Below are positions 38,631-51,596 of a stretch of 64,000 nt of DNA, piece by piece; position 1 is the first letter of the stretch, and the number at the start of each line of letters is the position of its first letter. The notes beneath the pieces were generated by a model. It was not told the DNA's origin. It made no database searches and saw only the letters and a list, made by a program, of their open reading frames with translations. The stretch comes from Anolis carolinensis (taxonomy: Eukaryota), in assembly GCF_035594765.1 (NCBI RefSeq), contig NC_085841.1, positions 15,483,636-15,547,635 on the forward strand. Reading direction: 5' to 3'. The position numbers and the translations under genes were made by a program.

Positions 38631-39682
38631 ATATGACGATAAAGAATTACATTCACAAAAGCAGATTGTTACATTTCCGAAATGTGCAATCTGATGCCGA
38701 TGTTTCTGTACAAAAGAACTGGTCTCTCCATTCACTACAAGATCACTGAAATGATATCTTTTTGATTACAGTTCTCAGAATTTCTCATCTAAAATGGCTA
38801 CTGGGGGTTTCTGTGAACAGTAATCTGAAAAACTCTAATGTTTCCAAGTTCTATTTCATAAATAGAAGGGTATCAAATACCACAATCAACAGTGGATTGG
38901 TGCCGGCAGGAATATGGGAGCTAATAGAAAAATGAAGGCATGTTTAAATCATCCAGAAACTCCCAAGAAATGGAGTTTGCTTATCTCTCCACTCAGATAA
39001 ATAGGGATCAGTGAATAATCTTCACTTCATGTGGGGAATTGCCTTGCCTATTCATAAAGACTTCATTTGCAGCCTTACATATGTATTTCATCAAAGAGAT
39101 ACAAAGGAAATGAGATATGGGATAAGCCACGCCATGGTCAGGAAATGTCGCCTGCTCCAATTTTGACTTTTGAAAGACTTTGTTCCATGGCATCTCCATA
39201 AGCAAATGGATTTTGAATTGCTATCAGCATGATTCATCCTACCTTAGCTGAACTCATACTCCTCAGAGAGAGGAAATCTCTTGTTAGTATAAAGGGGAAA
39301 GCTTTGACTAGTATTGTCCATTAAAAACTGACTTCTGTGTTGCAGTTGAATCATGAGATTCATGAAAATGACACTAAAGAGATAAACCATGCACATTGAA
39401 AAGACTATGTAAGGGAATGTTTTGATAACATCCAATAGCTCAAACTAAGCACTTTCAAATTCCATTACTTTTATTAAGAAGGACTAATGTGATTCCCCCC
39501 AACCCCTTTGCTATCCGAAATAGTTGTTGCTATCCATTGGAAGCATGTTATGCATTGGAGTAATTTCGGCTGGACTGTTCTCCCAAATAGATTACAGAGA
39601 TAAGAAGAATTGAACGTGTGCAAGCTGTGTATAGCATATTTACATCTCTCATAGCTTATTACAAGTTTATTTCATACTATTG

Positions 39683-39683
<1 letters not shown>

Positions 39684-39741
<58 letters not shown>
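39684..39741. repeat. (TTA)n microsatellite, target of the R4/Dong insertion
   Basis: Read directly; the tract continues at 41177-41194 on the other side of the element. Confidence 0.9.
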
Positions 39742-39742
<1 letters not shown>

Positions 39743-41176
39743 GGCACAGCAAACAAGATAGATATGCTGGATTTCATATCACAAAATCACAAGTCAAACA
39801 GTTCCCAAGTGTCTAGGACTGTGTGATGTATTTTCGGATGATGCGTGCAGATCCCAGCAGGGTGGCCTTTTGCAGCTGGCAGATCGTAATTTTGTCAATG
39901 TCTATTGTTTCCAAATGCTGGCTGAGATCTTTTGGCATGGCACCCAATGTGCCCACCACCACTGGGACCACCTGCACTGGTTTCTGCCAGAGTCTTGAGG
40001 TCCTGATAGCGGCTGAGTTTTTCCTGTTGTTTTTTGTCAATGCGACTGTCACCTGGGATGGTGACATCAATGATCCAAACCTTTTTCTTTTCCACAACTG
40101 TGATGTCTGGTGTGTTGTGTTCCAGAACTTTGTCAGTCTGGATTCGAAAGTCCCACAGTATCTTTGCATGCTCATTTTCCAATACTTTTGCAGGTTTGTG
40201 ATCCCACCAGTTCTTTGCTGCTGGCAGGTGGTACTTGAGGCATAAGTTCCAATGAATCATTTGGGCCACATAGTTGTGCCTCTGTTTGTAGTCTGTCTGT
40301 GCAATTTTCTTACAGCAGCTGAGGATATGATCAATGGTTTCATCGGTTTCCTTGCACAGTCTGCATTTTGGGTCATCAGCTGATTTTTCGATCTTGGCCT
40401 TAATTGCATTTGTCCTGATGGCTTGCTCCTGGGCTGCAAGGATCAGGCCTTCTGTCTCCTTCTTCAGGGTTCCATTCGTGAGCCAGAGCCAGGTCTTCTC
40501 CTTGTCAGCTTTTCCTTCAATTTTGTCAAGGAACTTTCCATGCAGTGTTTTGTTGTGCCAGCTGTCAGCTCTAGTTTGTAGTGTGGCTTTCTTGTACTGG
40601 TTTTTTGTCTGCTGTGCTTTGAGGAGTTTCTGATTTTTGACTTCAATCAAAGCAAGTTCTTCACTTTGCTTTACATATTCTGCCAGGGCATGTTCTTCTT
40701 CTTTGACTGCTTGTTTTACTTGTAAGAGTCCTCTGCCCCCTGATCTTCTAGGCAGATACAGCCGGTCAACATCACTGCAAGGGTGCAGTGAATGATGAAT
40801 GGTCATGAGTTTTCTTGTTTTTCTGTCCAAATTGTCCAGTTCCATCTGTGTCCAGTTTATGATGCCAGCAGTATATCTTATGACAGGTATGGCCCAGGTG
40901 TTTATGGCCTTGATGGTGTTGCCTCCATTGAGCTTGCTTTTGAGAATTTTTCTGACCCTTTGTGTGTATTCTTTGCTGACCACAGTTTTCACATGTTCAT
41001 GCTTGATGTTGCCCAGCTGTAATATGCCCAGATATTTATAGGCCTCTGGCTGGTGACACCTTATTGTTTGGCCATTAGGCATATTTATGCCCTCACTTTC
41101 AATGATTTTTCCCTTCTTCAATGCCACTGTCGAACATTTGTCCAAGCCAAACTCCATGCTGATATCAGTGCTAAAG
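39740..41176 (-). mobile_element. 5'-truncated R4/Dong-clade non-LTR retrotransposon
   Basis: Antisense ORF has the RT end (MEFGLDKC, YKYLG, GGRGL), the zinc knuckle CRLCKETDETIDHILSCC and the restriction-like endonuclease PDITVVEK...IIDVTIP; (TTA)n on both sides. Confidence 0.93.
39813..41176 (-). pseudogene. R4/Dong RT-ZnK-RLE C-terminal coding remnant, frameshifted near the end
   Basis: ORF 39895-41292 shifts into the frame of ORF 39813-40175 (RLWQKPVQVVPVVVGTLGA...LQKATLLGSARIIRKY); the copy at about 56790 shows a 14-nt segment (tgcagttcaatctt) missing here. Confidence 0.85.
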
Positions 41177-41344
41177 ATTATTATTATTATTATATTTATA
41201 CCTTGTTTTATCTCCTCCAAAGGGGACTCAAAGCAGCTGAAATAATAGCTGAAATTGAACTTTAATCTGCATTCATTGCTTATAAATATCATGAAACCTA
41301 TACCTAGAAAGTGTAAATACTTTTTTTACTAGAACTGATTTAGT

Positions 41345-42010
41345 TTGGACAAGAGGAATCCTCTCACCTCTGCAGGAGTCTACCGTATACCATGTAGCTA
41401 TGGACAAGTCTACATAGGGACCACCAAACGCAACAGCATCGCCCAGACACGAATCAAGGAACAGGAAAGGCACTGCAGACTGACTCAACCAGAGAAGTCA
41501 GCCATAGCAGAGCACTTGATGAACCAACCTGGACACAGAATATTATTTAAGAACACAGAAATGCTGGGCCACTCTAACAACTATCACTTAAGACTACACA
41601 GAGAAGCCATTGAAATCCACAAGCAGGTGGACAATTTCAACAGAAATGAATAAAATCTGGCTACCAGTATTTAAAAACTCTAAAATCAGAACAGTAAATA
41701 AAGAACAACACTCATAAAACACACAAATAACACCTCCAAACAAAGGATTCTCCCAGACAAGAAGAAGCCAGGCCACAGGGCCTTCAAATGCTAATCAGGT
41801 GATTAATTACAACATCCACACCTGCTTCCAACAGACAAGAGTTCTTTCTCCCACCCTGGACCTTACAAAGATATATAAACCCCCTTGCCTAGTTTCCAAC
41901 ATACCTCACAACCTCTGAAGATGCCTGCCACAGATGTAGGTGAAACGTCAGGAGAGAAAGCTTTTGGAACATGGCCATACAGCCTGAAAGACTCACAGCA
42001 ACCCAGTGAT
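41345..42010 (+). mobile_element. 5'-truncated Penelope-like element: GIY-YIG endonuclease end plus terminal repeat
   Basis: ORF 41345-41653 GVYRIPCSYGQVYIGTT...RIKE...SAIAEH...EAIEI...NFNR is a Penelope GIY-YIG domain; downstream repeat shared with 823 and 7271. Confidence 0.92.
41912..41952 (+). ncRNA. Minimal type I hammerhead ribozyme motif (Penelope-associated)
   Basis: CCU-CUGAAGA-U-GCCUGC-(CACAGAU)-GUAGGU-GAAAC-GUC^-AGG: intact core, stem II, palindromic ACGU stem III, CCU/AGG stem I. Confidence 0.75.
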
Positions 42011-42479
42011 TTAGTTGGATTACCACAAATAAAACTATTTTAGAGCCCAAAAAAGCTTTGAGAATGATGAGTAGCAAGTTGTTGTTGTTGTTGTTTCACT
42101 TATTGGTAAAATTCATCACTTTCACTTGCTTCCCCACCAGAAGCTTAACTAATAGCAATAAATATCAATTCTTTTTTCATGTTTAATTCCCGGCTAATAT
42201 TTTCCAAGTGTTCCTTTCCATCTCTCTCCATCTCCTCTGCCCCTTTGCCCACCCCCATGTCTGATTGCTTCTATTTCAGATGCTTCAAATTAAATCAAAC
42301 AATTGTTTTGATGGCAGCTGCTGAGCAAAGGGGTGCTCTTGGATTTTACCTTGAATATACTAATTAAATTGTATATAATAGTGACAGCGCATTGACATTG
42401 CAGATGTAAATGACCCAATCAAGAAAAATTCTGTTGTCAGCTGGATACCATCCTTTCTGGGAGGACAAAATCATCCTCC

Positions 42480-43390
42480 TGGAAAAACCTAAAAAAAACC
42501 CAATGTGATCTACCGGCAGGTACCAACCAATCCCTCTGCAATGCCAGAAATTCAGCTTAATGGTGTAATGTTAGAAAATGTTGACCATTTCCTCTACCTT
42601 GGCAGCCATCTCTCTACAAAAGTTGACATTGACATCCAAATACAACACCGTCTGAGTTCTGTGTGAGTACAGCATTTTTTCTAATGAAGCAGAGAGTATT
42701 GGAAGATTCAGACATCCATAAGGATACCAAGATGCCTATGTATAAAGCTATTGTCCTTCCAATTCTCTTGTCTGTCTGCAAAACATGGACCATCTACAAA
42801 CATCACTCTAAACTTCTGGAATGATCCCATCAGCATTGTCACTGAAAAATCTTGCAAATCTCTTGGGAAGACAAATGCTAGCATTCTGGAAGAAGCAAAG
42901 GCCACCAGCACTGAAGCAATGATTCTCCACCATCAACTTCGCTGGACTGGCCACGCTGTCCAAATGCCAGATTACTGTTACTTTATTCTCAGCTCAATAA
43001 TGGAAATCAGAATGTCAGTGAACAGCAAAAAAGATTTAGGATGGGCTTCAAGCTAATTTTTTAAAAATGTGTCATAAACACCGGGAACTGGGAAACCCTA
43101 GCACTCAAACGATCTAACTAGAAGTTGAGCTCTCTAACTAAAAATCAGCTATCACCAACAGTGCTGGAGTTTTTGAAGGGACATGGATAGAGGGCAAAGG
43201 GAGAAATGTGCCAAGAGGAAGGCACATCAAGCAAACCCTGGTCAAGACCACTTTTCCTCTGGAAATCTATGTCTTCACTGCAGAAGACCATGTGGATCCG
43301 GAATAGGTCTCTACAGTCATTTGCGGATCCACCTCCAAGGCTCTACACTTAGAAGACAATCATATTTGGCCATGAGTGATAGCCTATTAT
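42480..43390 (+). mobile_element. Degraded RTE-clade LINE 3' part
   Basis: Disrupted frames LENVDHFLYLGSHLS, TNASILEEA...QLRWTGHAVQMPD and a C2H2 finger CLHCRRPCGSGIGLYSHLRIH. Confidence 0.8.
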
Positions 43391-43603
43391 GGGTATAATG
43401 AAATGTTACAATCTCTTTACAGTTCATAAAACAATTTTGGAGCACTCCTGATTTCATTATGCTTGACCAATGAGAACATTATGAAACAGGCTGAAATAAA
43501 ATTTCCTGGGTTGGATTAAGGATTATGTTGACATTTGTCTATCACAAGAGGTGAAATGCTGTAAAATCCTACATATTTTATACAGTGGTTAAATTATACA
43601 GAC

Positions 43604-43693
43604 CACCAGTTCCTTCTTGATCTTGGAGCTGAGCAGGGTCAGCACTGGATAGTACTTGGATGGGATACCACAATTGAATAGTGTGCTGTAGGC
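43604..43693 (+). pseudogene. Degenerate 5S rRNA-derived sequence (pseudogene or 5S-SINE head)
   Basis: tgatcttggagctgagcagggtcagcactggatagtacttggatgggatacc...gtgctgtaggc parallels the 5S A box, intermediate element, C box and 3' end. Confidence 0.7.
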
Positions 43694-45254
43694 AATGAAC
43701 ATTATCCAATGAAGCCATTGTTCCTGGGCAGTTGTTCTATCATTGATAGTGGAAACAAACTATGATGAGCACTTTCAGTATTGCAACTCCCTTCGTTCAT
43801 GATATTGCACCAATTTGCCAATCCATAATCCTATTATTATACTTCCACATAATGTCATCACCCCACCTTCCCACACTTTCACATTTCTCTATTTTATTTT
43901 GAAATTTCAGCTATGAAAAACAGAAAAGGCAACTATAACTGTGGAATGTAAAATAAACACAAAACAGCTTGGAAATAATAAGGAGGAAAGGGGAAGAAAC
44001 CCACCACCAATGTGACTTTACTGCTGACATGCTGGCACAGAAGCGGAAGGGACTCATTACACCAAAGTAGGTGATGGAAACATTGCAGGACTGTGAGCTA
44101 TTGACAAGTTTTCTTGTCAACAGTGAGGGACACGCATATTGTGTGATTAAGCCATTTCGTGTTTTAGTATAAAAGTTCCATTCTACTGATGTGCAATAAC
44201 ATTACGATATTTTTAGAAAAGACAAAGGGGAAGTTAAGGAGACTTTTTTGTTCATATATATTACAGAATTAAAAATAAATCAAACATTTAATATTGTAGC
44301 TCATGCCAGGTATTGTGAGAAAATTGTCAAGGACAACAGAAACATTATTTAAATATATTAAAAAAGACTGAGAACAAAGGTATCAGATTCTAAAAGTTCT
44401 GAATTGCACTATCTTGGGGTTTGCTTCCCAAAATCTTTACAGATTAAGCATTGTTTGGAAATAATACTTTTGAAATTCAAATCACTGTTTGCATTCTTTT
44501 ACTTTGAAAACATTTATTTGATGTAGGAAGAGGTATTTCCTGATGTTGAATAGTCTAGAATAGGAGTTAAAGCGCTTGGAGATAGACAAAAAAATGATAG
44601 AGGAATTTGGAAGGTACAGAAACAGCCTTGAGTTCTGCATGTAGTCCCATGGCCAGCCTTTGTCCAGTCTTGGGTGAGTTGGACAACAGGACTTACTATA
44701 AGTAAGCAGCTTCATATAACATCAATCTATATGGCATTACAAAAGATCCACAGGAACATTGCATACATGGTCACCAATCAAATAAAAAAGACTCACTTCA
44801 TAATATAAAAGTAACTAGTGCTGCACAATTTACATTCATTTAAACAGAACAGCTACTTGGGATTTACTACTGTAGAACTGTGTTCAAAAGGAGCTTTGTA
44901 GTGGTATAATACATGTCTAACTCCATTGAGAAGCATTGGCTGGAATCCAAAGAGCCATTCTAAATATTCCATATGCCCAAGGAATTTAAGGCTTGCCTGT
45001 CTTCCAGGGTATAGTTCTCCATGCTATAAAATGCACTCCTTACTAGAAAGTGGGGGTGTTGGAAAAGCTGATATAACAAGAAACTGTTGGTTAAAGAAAG
45101 GTAACAAGTCCTTTGGTATAGGCTTCACAACAACTTTAGATCACAGTCATCCCATGAAGATTTTATTTGTTTAGTTTGTTCAGATTTACATTGATTTTTA
45201 ATACATCTGATAATGTATAATCATTGGTCCAAGGTCCAGAGTATCTGAAAACTA

Positions 45255-45635
45255 CACATATATACTTGAGTATAAGCCAACCCAAATATAAACTGAGGCA
45301 CCTAATTTTACCACAAAAACTGGGAAAACTTATTGACTCAAGTATAAGACAAGGGTGGGAAATGCAGCAACTACTGGTAAATTTCAAAAATAAAAATAAA
45401 AATTGATACCAATAAAATTATATTAACTGAGGCATCAGTAGGTTAAATGTTTTTGAATATTTACATAAATCTGTAATTTAAGATAAGACTGTCCATCTCT
45501 GATTACCTATATACTTGAGTATAAGCCAACCCGAATATAAGCCGACCAGGACCCTCATTCGAGTATAAGCCGAGGGGGGCTTTTTCAGCCCCAAAAAGGG
45601 GCTGATAAACCCGGCTTAAACTCAAGTATATATGG
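45255..45635. mobile_element. Tc1/mariner (pogo-like) non-autonomous element
   Basis: TIRs tatatacttgagtataagcc / ggcttaaactcaagtatata with internal repeats of gagtataagcc. Confidence 0.8.
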
Positions 45636-46499
45636 TGTATCTTTCTATAAGAAGCAGTACAGGCCCTAAGATCATCAGGATTGGCCCTCCACAAACACAG
45701 TTGGTTGAAATGGGCAAGTATTATTCTCTCTTTAATTGTGTGTTTTTAGTATTAAATTGTTTTAATAGTATGAACAATTTAATTCAGTTTTAATATTTGT
45801 TTTAGGTATGCACTTTGCTATTTTAAAAAAACATTGTAAGCCACTGTGGGTCCCAGTTTTAGGAGAAACGTGGGATATAAAAGGAGAGGAGGAAGAGGAG
45901 GAATTCTTAGTCACTCACATTTTCCTGGTATTGTCCTCAATCATCTTTTCTGTTTCAGCATGGCAAGTCCTTCCAGGGTAAGAGTGCCAACCTTCTTTGC
46001 TTCTGTTATCTGAGATTATCTTTTCCTCATCATGGGCCTCTTTCATGTAGGAAGTGGCACCTAGTAGCCCTACATAACTATTCTTATCCCTGATTAATCT
46101 TATGGCTGAGATTCTTCAATAAGGATATGAATCATAACCTTAGGCATGCAGTTACATGGCAGTTGCACATCACTTCCTCATTAGTGAATTCATAGAATAA
46201 TAGGAGACCTCATAGGCCATCTAGTCCAACCCCCTGCCACTTTGATGATATGATGATTAATGTTTGGCCATGAAGTTAAATACAGTACAATCCCTGTATC
46301 CACAAAGCAAAACAAAAATGGTTTCATATCTCCAAGGTTTCAGTTATTCACTTAGGACCTCCTGTACACTCTTCTTGGGGCTTCAATTGTTTATCAAACT
46401 GAAAATAATAGGGCTCACTATTACTCACAGTTTCATGTATCCATGAAGTTGTAGGGGCAGTGCTGTTCTGCAAATCCATCAACCTGGTCATAAAGTTTG

Positions 46500-46720
46500 C
46501 ATATGCATATGCAAACTGCTTCTGTTAGGAAAATTGCACATATAGCTGTCTTCTTAATATTCAGCTGTAATACCGCTTTATTCTTTACATTTCATCAGTG
46601 GTCGTTCCAAGTTTCTACTTTTTCTGCAAATAGTATGGTATCATCTGTATATCTTAAATTGTTGATGTTCTTTCCCCCACTTTTTGTGCCTCCTTCCTGT
46701 TTTCCATATATGTTTTGCAT
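46500..46720 (-). mobile_element. RTE/BovB-type RT fragment
   Basis: Antisense translation GGKNINNLRYTDDTILFA (RT YADD-motif region). Confidence 0.7.
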
Positions 46721-46739
46721 ACAAGCCGAACTGTAAAAT

Positions 46740-47264
46740 TGTTGGAAGTCAACCCCACAATGCCCAAGTCTTCATTCCTCAATGAGGAAAAGTTAGTTAG
46801 CTTTAGAATAGGCTAAGGGAATCCCTTACCATCGACTCCTGAATGTCAGTTGAAATGTATCTATTTGTTCCTTCTGTCAGTCTTTCTGCTTCCATCCTGA
46901 TTGGTGAAGTAGAATAGATACTCTTCAGATCACATGCCTTTGTTTAAGACTTCTGCTTTTTTCATCTTTGCATTCTGACCTCTCTTTGCTCTCCGTGTTT
47001 GAAGAGATGTAGTTTTTTTGAGGTTTTTCCTCTTGTTTTGGAATTTAGAAGTTATGTAGTTAGAGAGAAGCTAAGACCTATCAAGGATTGTAGTTCTTAT
47101 TTTTAAATAAACCTTTTTGGTAACTTTGATGATTGAATTCTGCATTTTTGCCTGCTAAGCTCACACAACACTTCACCTTTCTGCTTGCTGTGAGCTGACT
47201 GCTCAATTAAGTATCTTGTTTATATTTTTGAATGCTCTACTATTTTTGGGAGAATTCCCTAACA
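46740..47264 (+). mobile_element. Candidate old solo LTR
   Basis: tgttgg...ctaaca termini, aataaa near 47106, imperfect 5-bp flanks aaaat/ataat. Confidence 0.4.
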
Positions 47265-50200
47265 ATAATTTTTCTTGATGTACACAAAGACTGTGCTGTA
47301 ATCTATAAAGTACAGGTTGATTTTCTTCTAAAATTAACTTAGTCTGTTTAATTGATCTTGATTAACCCTCATCCACAAGGATTTTGATCTGTAACTATTT
47401 CAGCTTGTAGTTTCTTTTCCCTCTCCTCCTCCTGCTGAATATTTTACCTGCAGAGCTAATAGAACTGCCAACAAGCTTCCCCATGCTATGCCGTTGCTTA
47501 AATGTGAGTTAATTTATTTCTTGCATATTGCTTTGGACTGAACCTGACTTAAGAAATACATCTCAAGAAATGACTACATGCCACAAACAAATAAAAGGCC
47601 AAGCAAGCTTCCAATTCACCGTCTATTAATTTTGCTGGAATTATCTGACAGTTTAGAGCAGGTGAAGATTTGCTTCCATTCTATTTGCCAAGATCCCAGC
47701 ACGCTGACAGCCTAAATAAATATTATTATTATTAGGACCTGGAAATGGCATCAGACATCAGGAGGGGAAAGTAGCCAATTTTTCACTGGTTCACGTCACA
47801 TCTGAGCACAAATATTATCTTTTCTCTTTCCTCCAAGCATACTCAGTAATAAATAGCTGCAAGATATTTGCTGAGCAGGAGTCATTTGCTGCCTCATAAA
47901 CTCATAACCAAGTGAAACCATCACTTACAAGAACAATTAAACAACCAGGCTTCTGTTCTGCAAGGGTCTTGAGCTAAGGGGATGAATCTTGAGAACTGTA
48001 TGCTTTTCCCCCACCCCCGAGAAAGAAAAGCAGGCCACACATTTAATAGGTACCTTCAACGTTCATTAGATTTGGAGTTATTCTCTGAGCCTCAAAATTG
48101 CCTCCATTTCAACACATTCCCTGTGATTTGTGATCTAATTACCATTTCTCATTATGCGTACTACTGAAAGAGCAAATGAGCGTCGCAGAATTTTTCCCCC
48201 CTCTTGTTGTCACTGCTGCTGTTGTAGCAGTTCTCTAATGTAAGTTATTTACAGCAGAAACCATGCTAACAGCCTTTTTGCTAGGGCTGCCAAGAAAGAA
48301 TTGCATCTCACCAAGGAAATCAAATAAATAAATAAGCCAAAAAAGGGAGCAGATGAATGGACTGCAAATACTATGTTATTAATGGGAACAGGAAGGATTT
48401 TAAGGCTGTTGCTTTTGGAAAAACCTACAGAGGCAGCAAGAAAAAGCCGGAAATAAGAAATGCACTGTGGGAGGGATTTTTCTGGAAGAAAAATAATGGC
48501 GCATGATGTGGTAAAATTTCTGACCCTGCCATGGTGCAAACTCTAGGAAGATGTCAGATTACCTTGAGCAGCTTCAAAATTCAAATTTAAGGATTCATTA
48601 ATTATTTATGTATTTATTTATTTCCCCAGGATTGGGACTCAAGGCTTTGCTTATCAATGAAAGGGGAGCAATGCAATGGCCATTGTAAGTTTCGTTGGGA
48701 AGAAGTACATATGAAAAGAACATTAAAAAGTATTTGGAAAAGAGGCAAAAAACAATTTTTTGGAATGTTGAATAAGCACAATGAAAAGAATCATAGACTG
48801 ATGAGAATCTTCACAGTTCAGGATTTATTCTGAGCAAAATTCACGTGTGGTTGTTTTACACAGGAAACAGGAAATAATATTTTAACGTCAAAATATTTAT
48901 TTCAACCAGGAAATGCTGTTTTCTGCACAAAAAATACTCCAGTTGGGAATTTGTTTTGATATAATTGAGTCATGGTTGAATCACATTAAAAACTTTATTT
49001 TCTGTGCAAAACAATCATTTGTAAATTTTGCACACAGTCCCAAATTGTGAATAGCTTTTTTTAAAAAAAGGTGTCATTTTTAAAGAATTTTTTGCCCAAA
49101 AAAAGAAATCGTTGAAATATTATGCATTTCACCGTTATACCTTTAAGCATAAATTTAGTTGAAAAATTACATCCATAGGAAGGAAGTTCAAAATTTCAGG
49201 GGCAGTCACTGAGAAAGCTCTCTCATATTCTCACCAACGGTATCTGTGGCAATGGCAGGACTAAGAGAAAACCCTCTCCTGTGGAATTTAGGTTCCAGCA
49301 GGTTCATAATAAGAGATACTGTCTGTCAGATAGGTTGGCTCTATGCTGTGGAGGGATCTATAACTAGGACTCTGAATTTCACCTAGAACTCATAATGGTC
49401 TTCCTTAAAGGGGAAGAGAGCTCAGGATAAGTCTCAAAATCCAATTCCAGCTTGGATAAAATTCCTAGCTTGCCCTTTACACATATTACACTTGTCTTCC
49501 ATACTTTCAACCTTGCCCTTTTGCTTTTGCTACCTTCTAGTTGTAGCTTCACAACAAGAGCAAAGCAGAGAACCAGATTTCTTTTCAGCTCTTTCTCTGT
49601 GTCTCTGCCTTAATCTTGAACATCCTGAGCAACAGTACACTGTGGCATGTCATTTGAAAATTGCTATGGTATCCTATGCGGCAAATATCACGGGGTTCTC
49701 TAGGTGCTGTTATACTGCAACTGCTAATATTCTTCACCACTGACTTGGCTGTCTAAACTAATGAGACCTGCAACCCATAAGCCTCTGGAAGACTCCTACT
49801 CTTGATTTACATGATCAGAAGGAACTTGCAGGTTTATTATTCATTGTTGTTTCAGGTGATTTTTAGGGGTAACCTACGTTCCTGATAAATTCCACTAGCA
49901 TGCCCAGAACACTTTTAATTATGCTCTAAATCCTTCTCCAAAATCTAGCCAAGGAAGGAAGTCAAAAATATTGCTTTACAGAATCCAGTTTATTGTGGGA
50001 TTGATAGACGAGTACAAATAGTGCAAAAATCTTTCTCCAATGTTCACCCTCCTGCATCCACACCACAAAGGGATACCCACATCTTTTTTCTAGGCTGACA
50101 ATATTGCCTCTCTAGTATTACTACAATGAAATTCAATGCCTAGTCCAAAACTAACCAAAGCTCAAGTCCTGTGTACACAGAGAGAACAAATAACCCTGTT

Positions 50201-50689
50201 CTTCGATCTAAGTTCAAAGCTATAGATCATGGTGAATATCTTTTATGGCCTGACCTTGTTCTTCTACAACACAATCTGGTCAAATAGCATACTCTGTGGG
50301 ATCATAAAATGTCCATTTGTGCACCATATGCTTCCTGCTATTCTAAAGTCATTAAACAAGCATCAGGAATGCCAGAGTTGCCATGTGGTGTTGCTGTCAT
50401 TTTAGTGGTTATGCAGTTATGTATGATAAACAAAGCAATAAATAAGCATGTAAAATAACTACTCACGAGTGTGACAGCTAATATGAAGGAGTATTTCCTG
50501 AATATTCCCACACAATCTGAAAGACTCCATAGATTAGAATATTATATCACATGGCATTTACTTGTAACCCAGAGCTTGGAGAAACTATTTTCTTAAGTAA
50601 CAATTCCTAAAACAAGCTTAGAGATTTGTGCAATTTTACTAAAAACAAATACATAAAAGGGAATATTTCCTCTCTTTTGCTATGTCTCA

Positions 50690-50859
50690 GGCTGGCTGTA
50701 CATTGTAGAATGAATGCAGTTTGACACCACTTTAATTGCTATAGCTCAATGCTATGTGATCCCAGGATTTGTAGTTTAAAGTACTCTTCAGCAGACAAGG
50801 CTACAGACCTTGTAAAGCAACCACTCTCACACTTCCACAGTGTTGAGTGGTGTGAAACC
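50690..50859. mobile_element. PIF/Harbinger-type MITE, cut by the adjacent LTR
   Basis: tacattgtagaatgaatgcagtttgacaccactttaa... same family as 18778-19002. Confidence 0.7.
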
Positions 50860-51246
50860 TGTTAATGTGGGATTTGTGTATTGGTAGTGTTTAAATGAAA
50901 TTTGTGTCTTGTCTGTATTGCATACTGATTGCATCATCCAGAGTGTACTATAGTCTGGAAAGAGTTAATTACTAAGAAGCTGTGATGTCCTTGATGTGTG
51001 GCTGGAACTGGGGAGTGTCCAGACACAAGTGTGTGTGCATTACTGATTGCATCAGTTCTGTTCTGTGTTGAGTCGAGTGCTGTTTGCTGAGAAGTCAAGT
51101 CCTGTGTCCATTGTCTTCAAGTCTGTTTGTCTTTATTACTGCTTTCAGTAAAACTTGTATATAGTTTTACCAACGTCTCTGATGTCTATTCGTTCTGTGT
51201 TACACTGATTCCATCCAACTACTGCTGTGCTGCAATTACTCTGACA
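50860..51246 (+). mobile_element. Solo LTR (Gypsy-like)
   Basis: TGT...ACA termini (tgtta/tgaca); perfect 5-bp TSD aaacc; U3-like repeat tactgattgcatca x2; agtaaa polyA-like signal. Confidence 0.75.
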
Positions 51247-51596
51247 AAACCCCCAGTCTTCCTCAGAGCAACATACAGATGCCTCCATTTCATTTTCACA
51301 ATAACCTTTGAAGAAATAACAACAATCAAAACCCAACAATCATCATAATGGCTGAGCGCCTACATCACAGCCAGCATTTTCTAACTACAAATTCATAGCT
51401 ACACTACAGAAACACCCCCCCCTCCGCGCTAATGAAGTGTGTAGATGTATATCCAGACACTGGCAAGAAAATTATATTATGATTTGCATGTAATTTGGGT
51501 ACTCCTGTTGTGCTTCAAAACTTCACATCAGGTACCCAGATGTGCACTGGGAACACTGTGATGCTCATTGACACCCATACTGCACTGGGCTATAGT

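Noticed and set aside
39895-41292. 465-aa ORF as a host gene or intact retrotransposon protein
   Set aside because: The N-terminus reads through an L2 tail and the (TAA)n tract (poly-Ile). The element is 5'-truncated and frameshifted before its natural end.
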